A stretch of DNA of 64,000 bases from Angustibacter luteus (GTDB lineage Bacteria > Actinomycetota > Actinomycetes > Actinomycetales > Angustibacteraceae), in assembly GCF_039541115.1 (NCBI RefSeq), contig NZ_BAABFP010000005.1, forward strand, positions 248,001 through 312,000. The letters are read 5' to 3'. The position numbers and the translations under genes were made by a program. This document shows positions 47,855 through 58,809 of this stretch, one piece after another. Position 1 is the stretch's first letter. Each line of letters opens with the position of its first letter. The notes beneath the pieces were generated by a model that worked only from the letters and a program-made list of their open reading frames with translations, was not told the DNA's origin and did no database searches.

Positions 47855-47876
47855 TGTCGGTGGTCACTGCCACGAT
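47855..47876 (+). promoter_or_regulatory. PafBC/RecA-NDp-type leaderless promoter of the MmcQ/YjbR gene
   Basis: TGTCGGtg-N8-CACGAT, 6 nt before GTG 47883. Confidence 0.6.
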
Positions 47877-47882
47877 CGACGG

Positions 47883-48254
47883 GTGGCGACCATCGACGAC
47901 GTCCGGGCCGTGCTGGCCGACCTGCCGCGCAGCGATGAGGTGGTGGTGCGCGACCGGGTGAAGTTCCGGGTCGGGCAGATCGTCTACGTCGCGTTCTCCC
48001 AGGACGAGACCGAGATCGGGTTCGGCTTCCCGAAGGAGGAGCGCGCCGCCCTGGTGGCGGAGCGTCCGGAGGTGTTCTTCCTCCCCCGCCCGTCGGAGCT
48101 GCGCTTCAACTGGGTCGAGGCCCACCTCGACGCGTTGGACCCGGACGAGCTGGCCGAGCTGGGGCTCGACGCGTGGCGGATGTGCGTCCCGAAGAAGGTC
48201 TCCCGCGAGCACGACCTCACGGTCGAGGCGGCCACCGGTACGCTCCCGCCATGA
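47883..48254 (+). CDS. MmcQ/YjbR family protein
   Basis: KFRVG.IVY, FPKEER.ALV...P..F and WV...L..LD.DEL.EL..DAWR motifs. Confidence 0.82.
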   Translation: MATIDDVRAVLADLPRSDEVVVRDRVKFRVGQIVYVAFSQDETEIGFGFPKEERAALVAERPEVFFLPRPSELRFNWVEAHLDALDPDELAELGLDAWRMCVPKKVSREHDLTVEAATGTLPP

Positions 48255-48730
48255 CCGACGACGTGACCCTCGTGGACCTGGCGGGCGAGGAGCTCGCGAC
48301 GTACCTCGTGCACCTGGAGAAGTCCTACGCCGACGACATGCACCGGCTCGGTGGGGTGCCGATCGACGAGGCCCGGGAGAAGTCCCGGCGCAGCATGGCC
48401 GAGCTGTTCCCGGACGGCCAGCCCGCCGAGGGCAACCAGCTCTGGCGGGCGCAGGACCCCGAGGGCGCCACCGTCGGCATCCTGTGGCTGGCTCGGCGCG
48501 ACGACGGGGCCGGCGACCCGTACGCCTGGATCTACGACATCGAGGTGGAGGAGTCCCGACGCGGGCAGGGCTGGGGTCGTCAGCTGATGCGGGCCGCCGA
48601 GCGGATCAGCCGCGAGTGGGGCCTGCGCTCGTTGCGGCTCAACGTCTTCGGTGACAACGCCACCGCCCGCAACCTGTACCGCAGCCAGGGCTTCCGCGAG
48701 CAGGCCGTGCAGATGGCGAAGGATCTCTGA
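48251..48730 (+). CDS. GNAT family N-acetyltransferase
   Basis: IYDIEV.ESRRGQGWG and LNVFGDN..A..LY...GF motifs. Confidence 0.9.
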   Translation: MTDDVTLVDLAGEELATYLVHLEKSYADDMHRLGGVPIDEAREKSRRSMAELFPDGQPAEGNQLWRAQDPEGATVGILWLARRDDGAGDPYAWIYDIEVEESRRGQGWGRQLMRAAERISREWGLRSLRLNVFGDNATARNLYRSQGFREQAVQMAKDL

Positions 48731-48738
48731 GCGAGTCG

Positions 48739-49815
48739 GTGTCCGGCGCGACGGTTGTCGAGCAGGCGGTCGAGCAGGCGGCCCGGGAGCCCGTCGCCTG
48801 GTTCGCGGACCGGGTCGCCCACGACCTCGTGGACCTGGTCCGTTGCGGTTCGTCGGACGGCGCCCCCGCCGTGCTGGACCACGTCGAGCGCAGCGGCGGC
48901 TGGTGGGCCCTCGTCGCGGACTACGAGGGTGCGGTCGTGGCCGCGCGCTTCGCGGACGCGTCCCGGACGGAGCCCGCGGCCGGCGGGCCCTGGCCGGGAC
49001 TGGACGCCAGTGGCTGGTCGTCGTCCCTGTCCGAGGCCCAGTACGTCGAGGCCTGCCGCGAGGTGCGGTCGCGGATCGCCCGCGGCGAGGTCTACCAGGT
49101 CAACGTCTGCCGGGTGCTGGAGCAGGACCTGCCCGAGGACGCTGACGTGGTCGCGCTGGCCCGGTTGCTGCGGGGCCGCCATCCCGCGCCGTACGCCGGC
49201 GCCGTCGTCCTGCCGGGGGTCGTCGAGGTCGTGTGCGCCTCACCCGAGCTCTTCCTGAGCCGGCGCGGCGACCTCGTGACTACCGGCCCGATCAAGGGCA
49301 CGGCGGTGACGTCGGAGCGGCTGCTCCCCAAGGACGTCGACGAGAACGTGATGATCGTCGACCTGGCGCGCAACGACCTGTCGATCGCCTGCTCACCCGG
49401 CACCGTCGAGGTCAGTGACCTGCTCGCCGTCGAGCAGCATCCCGGGCTGGTCCACCTGGTCTCACGGGTCCGTGGTCGGCTGCGACCCGACGTCGGTTGG
49501 GGCGGGCTGTGGTCGGCCATGACACCGCCGGCCTCGGTCACCGGCGCGCCGAAGTCCAGCGCGCTGCGGGCGATCACCGACCTGGAGCCGGTGGCGCGTG
49601 GGCCGTACTGCGGTGCCGTCGGCTGGATCGACGTCGACGCGGGCACGGCGGAGCTGGCCGTGGGCATCCGCACCTTCTGGACGGCCCGCCGAGACGGACG
49701 TCGGGTGCTGCGGTTCGGCGCCGGCGCCGGCATCACCTGGGGCTCGGACCCGCACGCCGAGTGGGCGGAGACCGAGCTCAAGGCCTCCCGCCTCCTGGCG
49801 GTGGCCGCCGGCTGA
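48739..49815 (+). CDS. Chorismate-binding protein (aminodeoxychorismate synthase component I-like)
   Basis: GEVYQVN, SPELFL, PIKGT, ENVMIVDL.RNDL, SVTGAPK and RGPYCG motifs. Confidence 0.88.
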   Translation: MSGATVVEQAVEQAAREPVAWFADRVAHDLVDLVRCGSSDGAPAVLDHVERSGGWWALVADYEGAVVAARFADASRTEPAAGGPWPGLDASGWSSSLSEAQYVEACREVRSRIARGEVYQVNVCRVLEQDLPEDADVVALARLLRGRHPAPYAGAVVLPGVVEVVCASPELFLSRRGDLVTTGPIKGTAVTSERLLPKDVDENVMIVDLARNDLSIACSPGTVEVSDLLAVEQHPGLVHLVSRVRGRLRPDVGWGGLWSAMTPPASVTGAPKSSALRAITDLEPVARGPYCGAVGWIDVDAGTAELAVGIRTFWTARRDGRRVLRFGAGAGITWGSDPHAEWAETELKASRLLAVAAG

Positions 49816-49851
49816 GGGGCCGCCTGCCGCAGGCTCTGCGAGGATGTGGCC

Positions 49852-50697
49852 ATGACGGACGACGGCCTGCGGGCCTGGGTCAACGGGGCCCTGGTCGAGC
49901 CTGGAGCGCCCGCTGTGGCCGCTCTCGACCACGGCGTGACCGTGGGGGACGGGGTCTTCGAGACCCTCAAGGTGGTCGACGGGGTGCCGTTCGCGCTGAC
50001 CCGGCACCTGCGCCGGCTCGCCTCCTCCGCGGCGGGGCTGGGGCTCCTGCCGCCGGACCCGCAGGTGATCCGTGACGGCATCGACCAGGTCCTGCTGGAC
50101 CCGCTCGAGCGCGGTCGGCTGCGCATCACGATGACGGCCGGCCCCGGACCCCTCGGCTCGGGTCGCGGGGATGCGGCCGCCACCTACGTGGTCGTCGCCG
50201 CCCCGGCGCCCCGGCACGAGCTGACCGCGCGGGTGAGCGTCGTCCCGTGGACGCGCAACGAGCGCAGCGCGGTGGCCGGGCTCAAGACGACGTCCTACGC
50301 GGAGAACGTGGTCGCCCTCGCGTACGCGACGGCGCGCGGCGGCAGCGAGGCGTTGCTCGCCAACACCCGTGGTCAGCTCTGCGAGGGCACTGGATCCAAC
50401 GTCTTCCTGGTCTCGGGCGAGCGGCTGCTCACGCCACCGCTGTCCTCAGGTTGCCTCGCCGGCATCACTCGCGAGCTGCTCATCGAGTGGGCGATCGCCG
50501 ATGGTGTCGACGTCGACGAGGCAGACCTCGGCCTCGACGACCTGCGCGGCGCGGACGAGGTCATGATCACCTCGTCGACCCGAGACGTCCAGGCGGTCGC
50601 CGCCGTCGACGACCGTCAGCTGGACGCGCCAGGGCCGGTGACCCGGCGGCTCACCGAGCTGTTCGCCCGGTGCGCCGCGCGGGACCTCGACCCGTAG
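49852..50697 (+). CDS. Class IV aminotransferase / 4-amino-4-deoxychorismate lyase-like
   Basis: DHG..VGDGVFET, H..RL, GLKTTSY, EGTGSNVF and CLAGITR motifs. Confidence 0.88.
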   Translation: MTDDGLRAWVNGALVEPGAPAVAALDHGVTVGDGVFETLKVVDGVPFALTRHLRRLASSAAGLGLLPPDPQVIRDGIDQVLLDPLERGRLRITMTAGPGPLGSGRGDAAATYVVVAAPAPRHELTARVSVVPWTRNERSAVAGLKTTSYAENVVALAYATARGGSEALLANTRGQLCEGTGSNVFLVSGERLLTPPLSSGCLAGITRELLIEWAIADGVDVDEADLGLDDLRGADEVMITSSTRDVQAVAAVDDRQLDAPGPVTRRLTELFARCAARDLDP

Positions 50698-50732
50698 ACC
50701 CAGGTGCGTGACGCCCCGGGCCAGATGCGGGG

Positions 50733-51149
50733 CTAGGACGCCAGCAGCTCGGCGATCGCCGTGTCCACGTCCAGGTGGTCACCCTCGTAGCCGAGCGGCA
50801 CCGCGTCGTACGTGCGGGCCAGGAAGCACTCGAGGCCCTCGGCGTCGGCCGCGAGCAGCGCGGAGCCGTCAGGCGAGCTCAGCTGGAGCATGACCACCGC
50901 GCGGTCATCCTCCACCGTCGGCCAGACCCGGACGTCGCCGTCGCCGCAGGGGGCGTGCAGGCCGTCGCTGAGCAGGTCTCTGCCCAGCACCCAAGAGATC
51001 GCCTCCTCGCCGGCACGGAAGGTGGCCTCGACGGCATAGGGGTCGCATGCCTCGAACCGCAAGGTGGCGGTGAGGAGCAGTCCCTCGTCACCGGGGACGA
51101 CGAGACGCAGGTCGACGTCGTCCACGACTGACACGGGGGGCTGGAGCAT
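50733..51149 (-). CDS. ssgB: SsgA-like protein, probably SsgB
   Basis: LRF...DPYAV..TF, W.L.RDLL..GL, G.GDVRVWP, L.LSSPDG.A and FL.RT...VP.G.E motifs; position next to TIGR02611 and tRNA-Val. AGGAGGA RBS. Confidence 0.85.
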   Translation of the reverse strand: MLQPPVSVVDDVDLRLVVPGDEGLLLTATLRFEACDPYAVEATFRAGEEAISWVLGRDLLSDGLHAPCGDGDVRVWPTVEDDRAVVMLQLSSPDGSALLAADAEGLECFLARTYDAVPLGYEGDHLDVDTAIAELLAS

Positions 51150-51376
51150 GGTGGTCCTCCTGGGGTTGGGCGGGGTGTGCCCTCGTCGTGGCTAATGTGC
51201 CCCAACTGGAGGCGGGTCAAACCTGGGTGTCCGATATCCGTCATAAGTCGTCCGCTTTGTCCGATCTGCTTCTCTCGCAAGGTCAAGCGCTGGTCAAGTC
51301 CGGTCCAACGTCGGCCAAAACGTGCGATGGAGAGGTTCGGCGCGGCCGAGCGGCGCTCGCCACGTACCCTGTTCTG

Positions 51377-51832
51377 GTGACGACCACGGGGCCGACGGCG
51401 GGGGCCGAGCAGGACGAGCAGGAGCCCGTCGAGCGGGACGACGACTGGGCCTGGCGCGCTCGGATCAGGGCGAACCGCACCAGCTACCGGATCTACCGCG
51501 CGGTGGTCGGCGTCGTGGGTCTGGCCATCGTGGTGGCTGGCATCATCGCGATCCCCGCACCCGGCCCGGGCTGGGCCATCGTCTTCGTCGGCCTGGCGAT
51601 CCTGGCCAGCGAGTTCGAGAAGGCCGACCGGCTGCTGCAGTTCGCCCGGCGGCACGTGCAGCGCTGGACGCAGTGGGTGGGGGACCAGGCGTGGTGGGTC
51701 CGAGTGCTGCTCGGTCTGGCGACGCTGGTGCTGGTGCTGGCCCTGTTCTGGACGTACTTCACCCTGGTCGGCGTGCCCACCTGGTTCCCGGACCCGGCCG
51801 AGGACGTCCTGCACGACGTGCCCGGCCTGTAG
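51377..51832 (+). CDS. TIGR02611 family membrane protein (PGPGW motif)
   Basis: IPAPGPGW.IVF.GLAILASEF motif. GTG lies 6 nt after TACCCT. Confidence 0.85.
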   Translation: MTTTGPTAGAEQDEQEPVERDDDWAWRARIRANRTSYRIYRAVVGVVGLAIVVAGIIAIPAPGPGWAIVFVGLAILASEFEKADRLLQFARRHVQRWTQWVGDQAWWVRVLLGLATLVLVLALFWTYFTLVGVPTWFPDPAEDVLHDVPGL

Positions 51833-51915
51833 CGACCAGCCGATTTCTGACGGCCGTCGCTGATCGGGTAAGGTGATTCTCCGCGCTGCCGGTGGTGGCG
51901 CGGCCGTACGAGTAC

Positions 51916-51990
51916 GGGCGATTGGCTCAGTGGTAGAGCGCCTCGTTCACACCGAGGAGGTCACTGGTTCGAACCCAGTATCGCCCACCA
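51916..51990 (+). tRNA. tRNA-Val (CAC), CCA encoded
   Basis: GGGCGAT...ATCGCCC-A-CCA, anticodon loop TTCACAC. Confidence 0.95.
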
Positions 51991-52010
51991 GATCGACCAC
52001 AGCGCTGCCC

Positions 52011-52571
52011 TCAGTGCGTCTCGTAGATGCCGAGCTGGATGCCGTTGGTGTAGGTGCGGGTCTCGCGCAGGGTGAGCTTCTGCTTGTCCTCGGCGTCGGT
52101 CGGGAAGAGCCGCTTGCCGCTGCCGAGGATGACCGGGAACACCATGAGGTTCCACTGGTCGACCAGGCCCGCGCCGTGCAGGGCTCGAGCGAGCGTCGCG
52201 CTGCCGTGCACCGCGATGGGACCTCCGTCGCCCTCCTTGAGGTCGCGGACGGCGGCGAGGTCCCGCACCACGGTCGTGTTGTGCCAGGTGGGGTGGTTCA
52301 ACGTCGTGGACACGACGACCTTCTCCATCGTGTTGAACTTGTCGGCGAAGTCGCCGTCCCGCTCCGGCCAGGCCGCGGCGAACCCCTCGTACGTCGTCCG
52401 GCCGAGCAGCAGGGTCTGCGTGCCGAAGGTCTCCTCGACCTTGAACTCGTAGCGGGCGGGGTCCTCCTCGATGTCGAAGGTCCAGCCGGAGTGCCGGTAG
52501 CCCTCCTCGCCGCCGGGCGCCTCCACGACGCCGTCCAGGGAGATGAACTCGGTGACGAACAGGGTGCGCAT
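52011..52571 (-). CDS. Dihydrofolate reductase-like (RibD C-terminal) protein
   Basis: ISLDGVVEAP, LLLGRTTYE.F, GSATLA and PVILGSGKRLF motifs. Confidence 0.88.
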   Translation of the reverse strand: MRTLFVTEFISLDGVVEAPGGEEGYRHSGWTFDIEEDPARYEFKVEETFGTQTLLLGRTTYEGFAAAWPERDGDFADKFNTMEKVVVSTTLNHPTWHNTTVVRDLAAVRDLKEGDGGPIAVHGSATLARALHGAGLVDQWNLMVFPVILGSGKRLFPTDAEDKQKLTLRETRTYTNGIQLGIYETH

Positions 52572-52683
52572 GGGGTCCTCGTCTCGGGTCGTGGGGTGCT
52601 GCTTCCGACCTCACCACGAAAGGGGAGCGGCCGATACGACACCCGGGCCCGGGCCGGAGTCGCAGGCTCGCGGCGCTGGGCGC

Positions 52684-52775
52684 CTACTTCCGGGCGCCGA
52701 GCAGGAGGTCGGCGACGACTCCGCCGAGGCTTGGCTGTCCGCGGCGATCGGGCGGCCCGTGACGCTGCAGCCCAC
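52684..52775 (+). pseudogene. Short remnant resembling the MOSC N-terminal domain
   Basis: Translates LLPGAEQEVGDDSAEAWLSAAIGRPVTLQP, compared with [29 protein letters not shown] in the intact gene at 55486. Confidence 0.5.
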
Positions 52776-52801
52776 GCACGGGAGACCAGCCTCTGCGGCA
52801 C

Positions 52802-53464
52802 TCACGGACTCGTGCCGCCGCGAGAATCGAGGCCCGCCTCCCGGGCGACCACGACAGCCCGCGCGCGGTCGCTCAGCCCAAGCTTGGCGAACACGTGCCG
52901 CACGTGGGTCTTGACGGTCGCCATGCTGATGAACAGCTCGCCGGCGATCTCGGCATTGGACCATCCGGCACCGATCAGTGCGAGGATCTCCCGCTCGCGC
53001 TCGCTGAGGTCCGCGAACCCCGGTGGCTGCCGGGTCGGCACGGGCGGACGGTTCGAGAAGTGGCTCATCAGCCGAGCCGTGACCGTCGGCGAGAGCACGG
53101 GTTCGCCCGCCGCAGCGTGCCGCACCGCGTCGAGCAGTCCCTCGGCCGTGACGTCCTTGAGCAGGAAGCCGACGGCACCGGCGCGCAAGGCGTCCACGAC
53201 GTGCTGGTCCAGGTCGAACGTGGTCAGCACGATGACTCGGGTGGACGCCGCCGCGGACACGATGCGGCGGGTGGCCTCGACTCCGTCCATGACGGGCATG
53301 CGGACGTCCATCAGCACCACATCGGGCCCCAGCAGCGCCACCGCTTCCACCGCGGCGGCGCCGTCCGCCGCCTCGCCGACCACCTCGACGCCACCGAGCT
53401 CCAGGATCATCCGCAGGCCGTGCCGGACCAGGTCCTGGTCGTCGACGACGAGCACCGACGTCAT
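52802..53464 (-). CDS. NarL/LuxR family response regulator
   Basis: VVDDQ, LMDVRMP, LTTFD, GFLLKD and LSEREREIL...TVKTHV motifs. ATGA coupling with the kinase. Confidence 0.93.
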   Translation of the reverse strand: MTSVLVVDDQDLVRHGLRMILELGGVEVVGEAADGAAAVEAVALLGPDVVLMDVRMPVMDGVEATRRIVSAAASTRVIVLTTFDLDQHVVDALRAGAVGFLLKDVTAEGLLDAVRHAAAGEPVLSPTVTARLMSHFSNRPPVPTRQPPGFADLSEREREILALIGAGWSNAEIAGELFISMATVKTHVRHVFAKLGLSDRARAVVVAREAGLDSRGGTSP

Positions 53465-54576
53465 GGCGTGGCCCGCGCGATGAGCGGGATGCGGACGCGG
53501 ACCTCGAAGCGGCCGTTGACGCAGGTCGCGTCGTAGCTGCCGCCGAGCAGCTCCGCGCGATGCCGGATCCCGGTCAGGCCGCGACCGGGTACCGGGGGGA
53601 CACTGGCAGCGACGTCGTTCGTCGAGCGGACCTCGACCATGTCCGGCGTCCAGTCCACGTTCAGGCAGACAATCGCGCCGAGGGCGTGTCTGCCGGCGTT
53701 CGTGAGGCACTCTCGGACGATGCGGTGCACCGCGAGCGCGACGGGGGTCTGCTCGGGCGGGGTATCTCCGGTGACGGCCAACGAGTTCGCGATCCCGACG
53801 GATCGGGCCCGAGCCGCCAGCGTGAGGAGATCCTCCTCGCCCGCCCGCTGGGCGTCCTGCTGGGGTGACAGGACATCCAGCACGCCGCGGATCTCGCCGA
53901 GCGTCCGATGGGCCGTGCTGCGGATGGCCTCGACCGGCTCCACAGCACGCTCGGGCGTCACCCTCAAGGCAGCGGCCGCAGCCTCGGCCTGGATGGCGAT
54001 CAGCGTGACCTCGTGGCCGACCACGTCGTGCAGCTCCTGGGCGATGCGCGCTCGTTCGGAGCCCACCGCGGCCTCTTCCGCACGCAGTCGCTCCGCCCGC
54101 AGCTGCTCTGCGAGGCTGGCCAGCGCCAGGTTCTGAGCCCGCTGGTGCCTGACCAGGCGACCGGCAAGCACCGGCGCGACCACGACGAGAACAGCACCTA
54201 CCGATGCCACCGCCTGCTCGGGACCCAGCAGGGTCCCGGCCACCGAGGCGAGCGCGGCCCAGACCGTGACGAGCACGACGGCGAGCCGGGGGGCCCCCAG
54301 CGATCCCAGCGAGAAGAACTGCAGCAGGACGACCACGAAACCGAGCACCGGGTACCCGTCGAGGGGGATCAGCCAGAACGCGGACGACGCGAGCGCCGAC
54401 TCGACGGGATACGTGTGTCGCCAGGCGAGCGGGAGCGTCGACCCGACCACGTAGAGCACGGCCGGTACGGGGCCAGCGATCGGGAAGAACGCCTGCTGGA
54501 CGATGCCGGCCAGCATGAGGATCCCGGTCAGCAGGACGTCCAGGCGGGTGCTGCGAAGTCGGGCGACGAGGCTCAC
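53461..54576 (-). CDS. Sensor histidine kinase (HisKA_3)
   Basis: TM region; [28 protein letters not shown] and GRGL.GIR.RA motifs. Confidence 0.92.
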   Translation of the reverse strand: MSLVARLRSTRLDVLLTGILMLAGIVQQAFFPIAGPVPAVLYVVGSTLPLAWRHTYPVESALASSAFWLIPLDGYPVLGFVVVLLQFFSLGSLGAPRLAVVLVTVWAALASVAGTLLGPEQAVASVGAVLVVVAPVLAGRLVRHQRAQNLALASLAEQLRAERLRAEEAAVGSERARIAQELHDVVGHEVTLIAIQAEAAAAALRVTPERAVEPVEAIRSTAHRTLGEIRGVLDVLSPQQDAQRAGEEDLLTLAARARSVGIANSLAVTGDTPPEQTPVALAVHRIVRECLTNAGRHALGAIVCLNVDWTPDMVEVRSTNDVAASVPPVPGRGLTGIRHRAELLGGSYDATCVNGRFEVRVRIPLIARATP

Positions 54577-54752
54577 GGCCGCGAGCGTAGGGGCGCGCCC
54601 GGCACTCCCGCATCACCCCAGGGGATGAGCGCAGGCCTGCCAGCGGGCTGACCGGGAGCCCGCCCAGCGATCGATGCGCGGACCAGCGGGCCGGCCCTAG
54701 CGTCGTGGCACGGCTCGATCGAGCCGAAATCGTTGCTACGAAAGGAACTCCG

Positions 54753-55466
54753 ATGACCAGCACCAGCGTCGACGTCCCGCTGGAGCGCCGGGGCCGTACC
54801 GATCCCGGCCCGGCCGGCGACGCCCTGGCCCGAGTTAGCGCCCGCTTCGGGATCGCGTTCACCGTCTGCCAGCTCGGCGTCATGGTGGCCATGTCGGTCT
54901 TCGTGCTACCCAAGGGCGGGCAGCCTGGCGAGCCACCTCTGCTCTGGGGCCAGCACGTCCTTGCCGCAGCTGACCTGTACCGGTGGGGCAACTACGTCTT
55001 CATGGTCGCGGGCACGCTCATGCTGGGCTTCCTCGGCGTCGTCCAGCTGCGACTGCGGCGGGTGGATGGCACCGGGGTGCTCGCGACCGTGGCCACCGCG
55101 GCCGGCGCCTTGCTCGCGCTGGTCTGGCCGTTCGCCGCCGTGCTGCACGACGTCGCGCTGGAGACCGCCGACGCTGGCACCGACCTGCGCATGCTCGCTG
55201 GCTGGGACGCCATCGCGCCGTTCTCGCTGGCGTTCTCGGTGCTGCCCCGACTGTTCTTCATCGGTGCGATTGTGCTCGGCCTGCGGCTTGGCGAAACGGC
55301 ACCTTGGCTGCAGCGGACCGGCCTGGTCCTGCTGCCGCTGAGCCTGCTGGGCAGCGCGACCCTCCTCGCTGGCTCGATGTTCCCGGCGCTGGCGCTCAGC
55401 ACCCTCGGTTACGAGCTGTGGGTGGGTGCAGTTGCCTGGCACTGGCTGCGCACGAGCCGGGGTTGA
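54753..55466 (+). CDS. Hypothetical multi-pass membrane protein, divergent from the two-component pair
   Basis: About 6 hydrophobic helices; GAAAGGA RBS before ATG 54753. Confidence 0.7.
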   Translation: MTSTSVDVPLERRGRTDPGPAGDALARVSARFGIAFTVCQLGVMVAMSVFVLPKGGQPGEPPLLWGQHVLAAADLYRWGNYVFMVAGTLMLGFLGVVQLRLRRVDGTGVLATVATAAGALLALVWPFAAVLHDVALETADAGTDLRMLAGWDAIAPFSLAFSVLPRLFFIGAIVLGLRLGETAPWLQRTGLVLLPLSLLGSATLLAGSMFPALALSTLGYELWVGAVAWHWLRTSRG

Positions 55467-55485
55467 CGAGGCATAGGCTCGTGGA

Positions 55486-56115
55486 GTGAGTGAGAACAGT
55501 GCAGTCGGCCGGGTGGTGAGCTTGCACTCCTACCCGGTCAAGTCGATGGGCGCCCCGGACCTCGACCAGGTCCAGGTGCTCGCCACGGGGCTCGAGCACG
55601 ACCGCGGCTGGGCGGTGGTCGGCGAGGACGGCGCGGTCGTCACCGCCCGCCAGGTCGCGGGCCTGCGCGAGATGCGGGCGAGCGCGCCGTCCGCACCGAG
55701 CGGGTCGCCTTCGCTGCTGCTCGCCGGAGCCGGACCGCTGGTCGGCGATGGCGCCGCGGCCGCCCTGTCGGCGGCGATCGGCCAGGCGGTCGAGCTGCGG
55801 CCGGCACCGACCGCCGGCCCAGGTTTCAACGAGGTGGCCCCGGTGCACCTGGTCAGCCGTCAGGCCGTCGAGCGCGCGGCGGCCGATGAGGGGACCCACC
55901 TCGGCGACCCGGCGTGCAGCGTCGAGCAGCCGCGCGCGAACGTCGTGGTCGAGCTCGACGGCGACGACCTGGAGACTGCGTGGGTCGGGCGTGAGGTCAG
56001 CATGGGGGACGTCGTCCTGAGGATCAGCAGGCAGCCCAAGCACTGCCTCGGGGTGTACGCGGACGTCGTCCGGCCAGGCCTGCTGCGGGTCGGGGACGAC
56101 GTCCGCCTCGGCTGA
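55486..56115 (+). CDS. MOSC domain protein
   Basis: YPVKSM, DRGWAV, PVHLVS, RANVVV and G..RVGD motifs. Confidence 0.85.
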   Translation: MSENSAVGRVVSLHSYPVKSMGAPDLDQVQVLATGLEHDRGWAVVGEDGAVVTARQVAGLREMRASAPSAPSGSPSLLLAGAGPLVGDGAAAALSAAIGQAVELRPAPTAGPGFNEVAPVHLVSRQAVERAAADEGTHLGDPACSVEQPRANVVVELDGDDLETAWVGREVSMGDVVLRISRQPKHCLGVYADVVRPGLLRVGDDVRLG

Positions 56116-56237
56116 GCCCGTCCGGCCTGCGAACCCGCCGCGAAACCCGCTCGGCCACGCCGGTGCGACGTCGATACGATCAGGCGGACCGGCTCCAGTC
56201 CGGCGTACCACCCACCGAGCAAGCCCAGGAGGCCTCC

Positions 56238-58229
56238 GTGTCCGCCCAGATCACCGTGTCCGTCGCCGGGAGCGAGCGATCGGTCGCGGCGGGGACGACG
56301 GCCGGCGAGCTCTTCGCGGACGACACCCGAGGGCCCCAGGCCGTCGTCGTCGCCCGGGTCGGTGGCGAGCTGCGCGACCTGGACCACGAGCTGGCCGACG
56401 GGGACGTCGTCGAGCCGGTCACCGTCGACAGCGAGGACGGCCTGGCCGTGCTGCGGCACTCGACCGCGCACGTGCTCGCCCAGGCGGTCCAGCAGATCAA
56501 CCCGAAGGCGCGGTTGGGCATCGGACCGCCCGTGCGCGACGGCTTCTATTACGACTTCGACGTCGAGGTCCCGTTCACCCCGGACGACGTCAAGGCCCTC
56601 GAGAAGGCCATGCAGCGCATCATCAACGAGGGCCAGACCTTCAGCCGGCGCGCCGTCTCGGACGACGAGGCCCGCGCCGAGCTGGCCGACGAGCCCTACA
56701 AGCTCGAGCTGATCGGGCTCAAGGGTGGCGCGGCCGAGGACGCGGCCGAGGGTGCGAGCGCTGAGGTCGGCGGCAGCGAGCTGACCATCTACGACAACCT
56801 GCGCAAGGACGGGTCGCTGGCCTGGAAGGATCTGTGCCGCGGCCCCCACCTGCCCTCGACCAAGCTGATCGGCAACTCCTTCAAGCTGATGCGCACCGCT
56901 GCGGCGTACTGGCGCGGGAGTGAGAAGAACCCGCAGCTGCAGCGGGTCTACGGCACCGCGTGGCCCAGCAAGGACGACCTGAAGGCGTACCTGGACCGCC
57001 TCGCCGAGGCCGAGCGCCGCGACCACCGCAAGCTGGGCAGCGAGCTCGACCTGTTCTCGTTCCCGGACGCGATCGGTTCGGGGCTGGTCGTCTTCCACCC
57101 CAAGGGTGGCGTGATCAAGCGCGAGATGGAGGACTACGTCCGCGCCCGGCACATCGAGGAGGGCTTCTCGTACGTCGGCACCCCGCACATCACCAAGCAG
57201 GGCCTGTTCGAGACCTCCGGGCACCTGCCGTACTTCGCGGACACCATGTTCCCGCCCATGGAGATGGAGGGGAGCAACTACTACCTCAAGGCCATGAACT
57301 GCCCGATGCACAACCTGATCTTCGCCTCGCGCGGCCGGTCCTACCGCGAGCTCCCGTTGCGGTTGTTCGAGTTCGGCTCGGTGTACCGCTTCGAGAAGTC
57401 CGGGGTCGTGCACGGCCTGACCCGGGTGCGTGGCCTGACCCAGGACGACTCGCACTCCTACGTCACGGCCGAGCAGGCGCCGGCCGAGGTCAAGCACCTG
57501 CTCGACTTCGTCCTGTCGTTGCTGCGGGACTTCGGGCTGGACGACTACTACCTCGAGCTGTCCACCCGGGACGAGAGCAAGGACAAGTTCATCGGCTCGG
57601 ACGAGCAGTGGGCGGTGGCCACCAAGGTGCTCGAGGACGTCGCGGTCGCGTCGGGCCTCGAGCTGGTGCCCGACCCGGGTGGTGCGGCGTACTACGGGCC
57701 GAAGATCTCCGTCCAGGCGCGGGACGCGATCGGCCGCACCTGGCAGATGTCGACCATCCAGTACGACTTCAACCAGCCGGCCCGTTTCGAGCTGGAGTAC
57801 CAGGCGGCGGATGGCTCGCGTCAGCAGCCGGTGATGATCCACTCGGCGAAGTTCGGATCGATCGAGCGCTTCTTCGGGGTCCTGGTGGAGCACTACGCCG
57901 GTGCCTTCCCGGCCTGGCTCGCGCCCGTGCAGGTCGTCGGGATCCCGGTGGCCGAGGTGCACGAGCAGTACCTGCACGACGTCGCGGCCACCCTGCGCGC
58001 GCAGGGCGTGCGGGTCGAGGTGGACGTCGCGGACGACCGCTTCCCCAAGAAGATCCGCAACGCGCAGAAGGCCAAGGTGCCGTTCATGCTGATCGCGGGC
58101 GACGACGACGTCAGCAAGGGCGCGGTCTCGTTCCGCTACCGCGACGGCAGCCAGAACAACGGCGTCGCGGTGGACGACGCGGTGGCCGAGATCCTGGAGG
58201 CGATCCGCACCCGGGCCACCACCCCGTGA
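56238..58229 (+). CDS. thrS: Threonine--tRNA ligase
   Basis: [38 protein letters not shown] and [12 protein letters not shown] motifs. AGGAGG RBS before GTG 56238. Confidence 0.97.
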   Translation: MSAQITVSVAGSERSVAAGTTAGELFADDTRGPQAVVVARVGGELRDLDHELADGDVVEPVTVDSEDGLAVLRHSTAHVLAQAVQQINPKARLGIGPPVRDGFYYDFDVEVPFTPDDVKALEKAMQRIINEGQTFSRRAVSDDEARAELADEPYKLELIGLKGGAAEDAAEGASAEVGGSELTIYDNLRKDGSLAWKDLCRGPHLPSTKLIGNSFKLMRTAAAYWRGSEKNPQLQRVYGTAWPSKDDLKAYLDRLAEAERRDHRKLGSELDLFSFPDAIGSGLVVFHPKGGVIKREMEDYVRARHIEEGFSYVGTPHITKQGLFETSGHLPYFADTMFPPMEMEGSNYYLKAMNCPMHNLIFASRGRSYRELPLRLFEFGSVYRFEKSGVVHGLTRVRGLTQDDSHSYVTAEQAPAEVKHLLDFVLSLLRDFGLDDYYLELSTRDESKDKFIGSDEQWAVATKVLEDVAVASGLELVPDPGGAAYYGPKISVQARDAIGRTWQMSTIQYDFNQPARFELEYQAADGSRQQPVMIHSAKFGSIERFFGVLVEHYAGAFPAWLAPVQVVGIPVAEVHEQYLHDVAATLRAQGVRVEVDVADDRFPKKIRNAQKAKVPFMLIAGDDDVSKGAVSFRYRDGSQNNGVAVDDAVAEILEAIRTRATTP

Positions 58230-58792
58230 GCGAGGACGCCGGCGAGGTTGCTGCGGAGTCGGCGAACGCCTTCGTGGGGGAGCCGGACGGTTTCGAGCGC
58301 CTCTGGACGCCGCACCGGATGGTCTACCTCGGGGGCGAGAACAAGCCCACCGACGCCACGCCGGCGCAGTGCCCGTTCTGCCGGGCGCCGACGCTGGACG
58401 ACGAGGCCGGTCTGGTCGTGCACCGCGGCGAGTCCACGTACGTCGTGCTGAACCTGTACCCGTACAGCCCCGGCCACCTCATGGTGTGCCCGTACCGGCA
58501 CGTCAGCGACTACATCGAGCTGACCGATGACGAGACGGTCGAGATCGCCGAGCTGACGAAGCAGGCGATCCGCACGCTCGCAACGGTTTCGGGGCCACAC
58601 GGCTTCAACGTGGGGATGAACCAGGGCGCGGTCGCCGGGGCCGGCATCGCCGCGCACCTGCACCAGCACGTCGTCCCGCGGTGGGGCGGCGACTCGAACT
58701 TCCTCCCGATCATCGCCCGCACCAAGGCCCTCCCGGTCCTGCTGGGGGACACGAGGCAGCAGCTCGCCGAGGCGTGGGGCGCCACGGCATAA
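58226..58792 (+). CDS. HIT family protein (Ap4A phosphorylase-like)
   Basis: LWTPHRM, CPFC, NLYPY.PGH and HLHQH.VPRW motifs. GTGA coupling to thrS. Confidence 0.92.
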   Translation: MSEDAGEVAAESANAFVGEPDGFERLWTPHRMVYLGGENKPTDATPAQCPFCRAPTLDDEAGLVVHRGESTYVVLNLYPYSPGHLMVCPYRHVSDYIELTDDETVEIAELTKQAIRTLATVSGPHGFNVGMNQGAVAGAGIAAHLHQHVVPRWGGDSNFLPIIARTKALPVLLGDTRQQLAEAWGATA

Positions 58793-58809
58793 CGATCCCG
58801 AATGGCTGG

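Noticed and set aside
34511..51990. Identical 34-bp 3' ends (GAGGTCACTGGTTCGAACCCAGTATCGCCCACCA) 17.4 kb apart, suggesting attL/attR of an integrated element
   Set aside because: Both belong to complete tRNA-Val genes with different anticodons, the interval contains core-like genes (pabB/C-like, ssgB) and there is no integrase.
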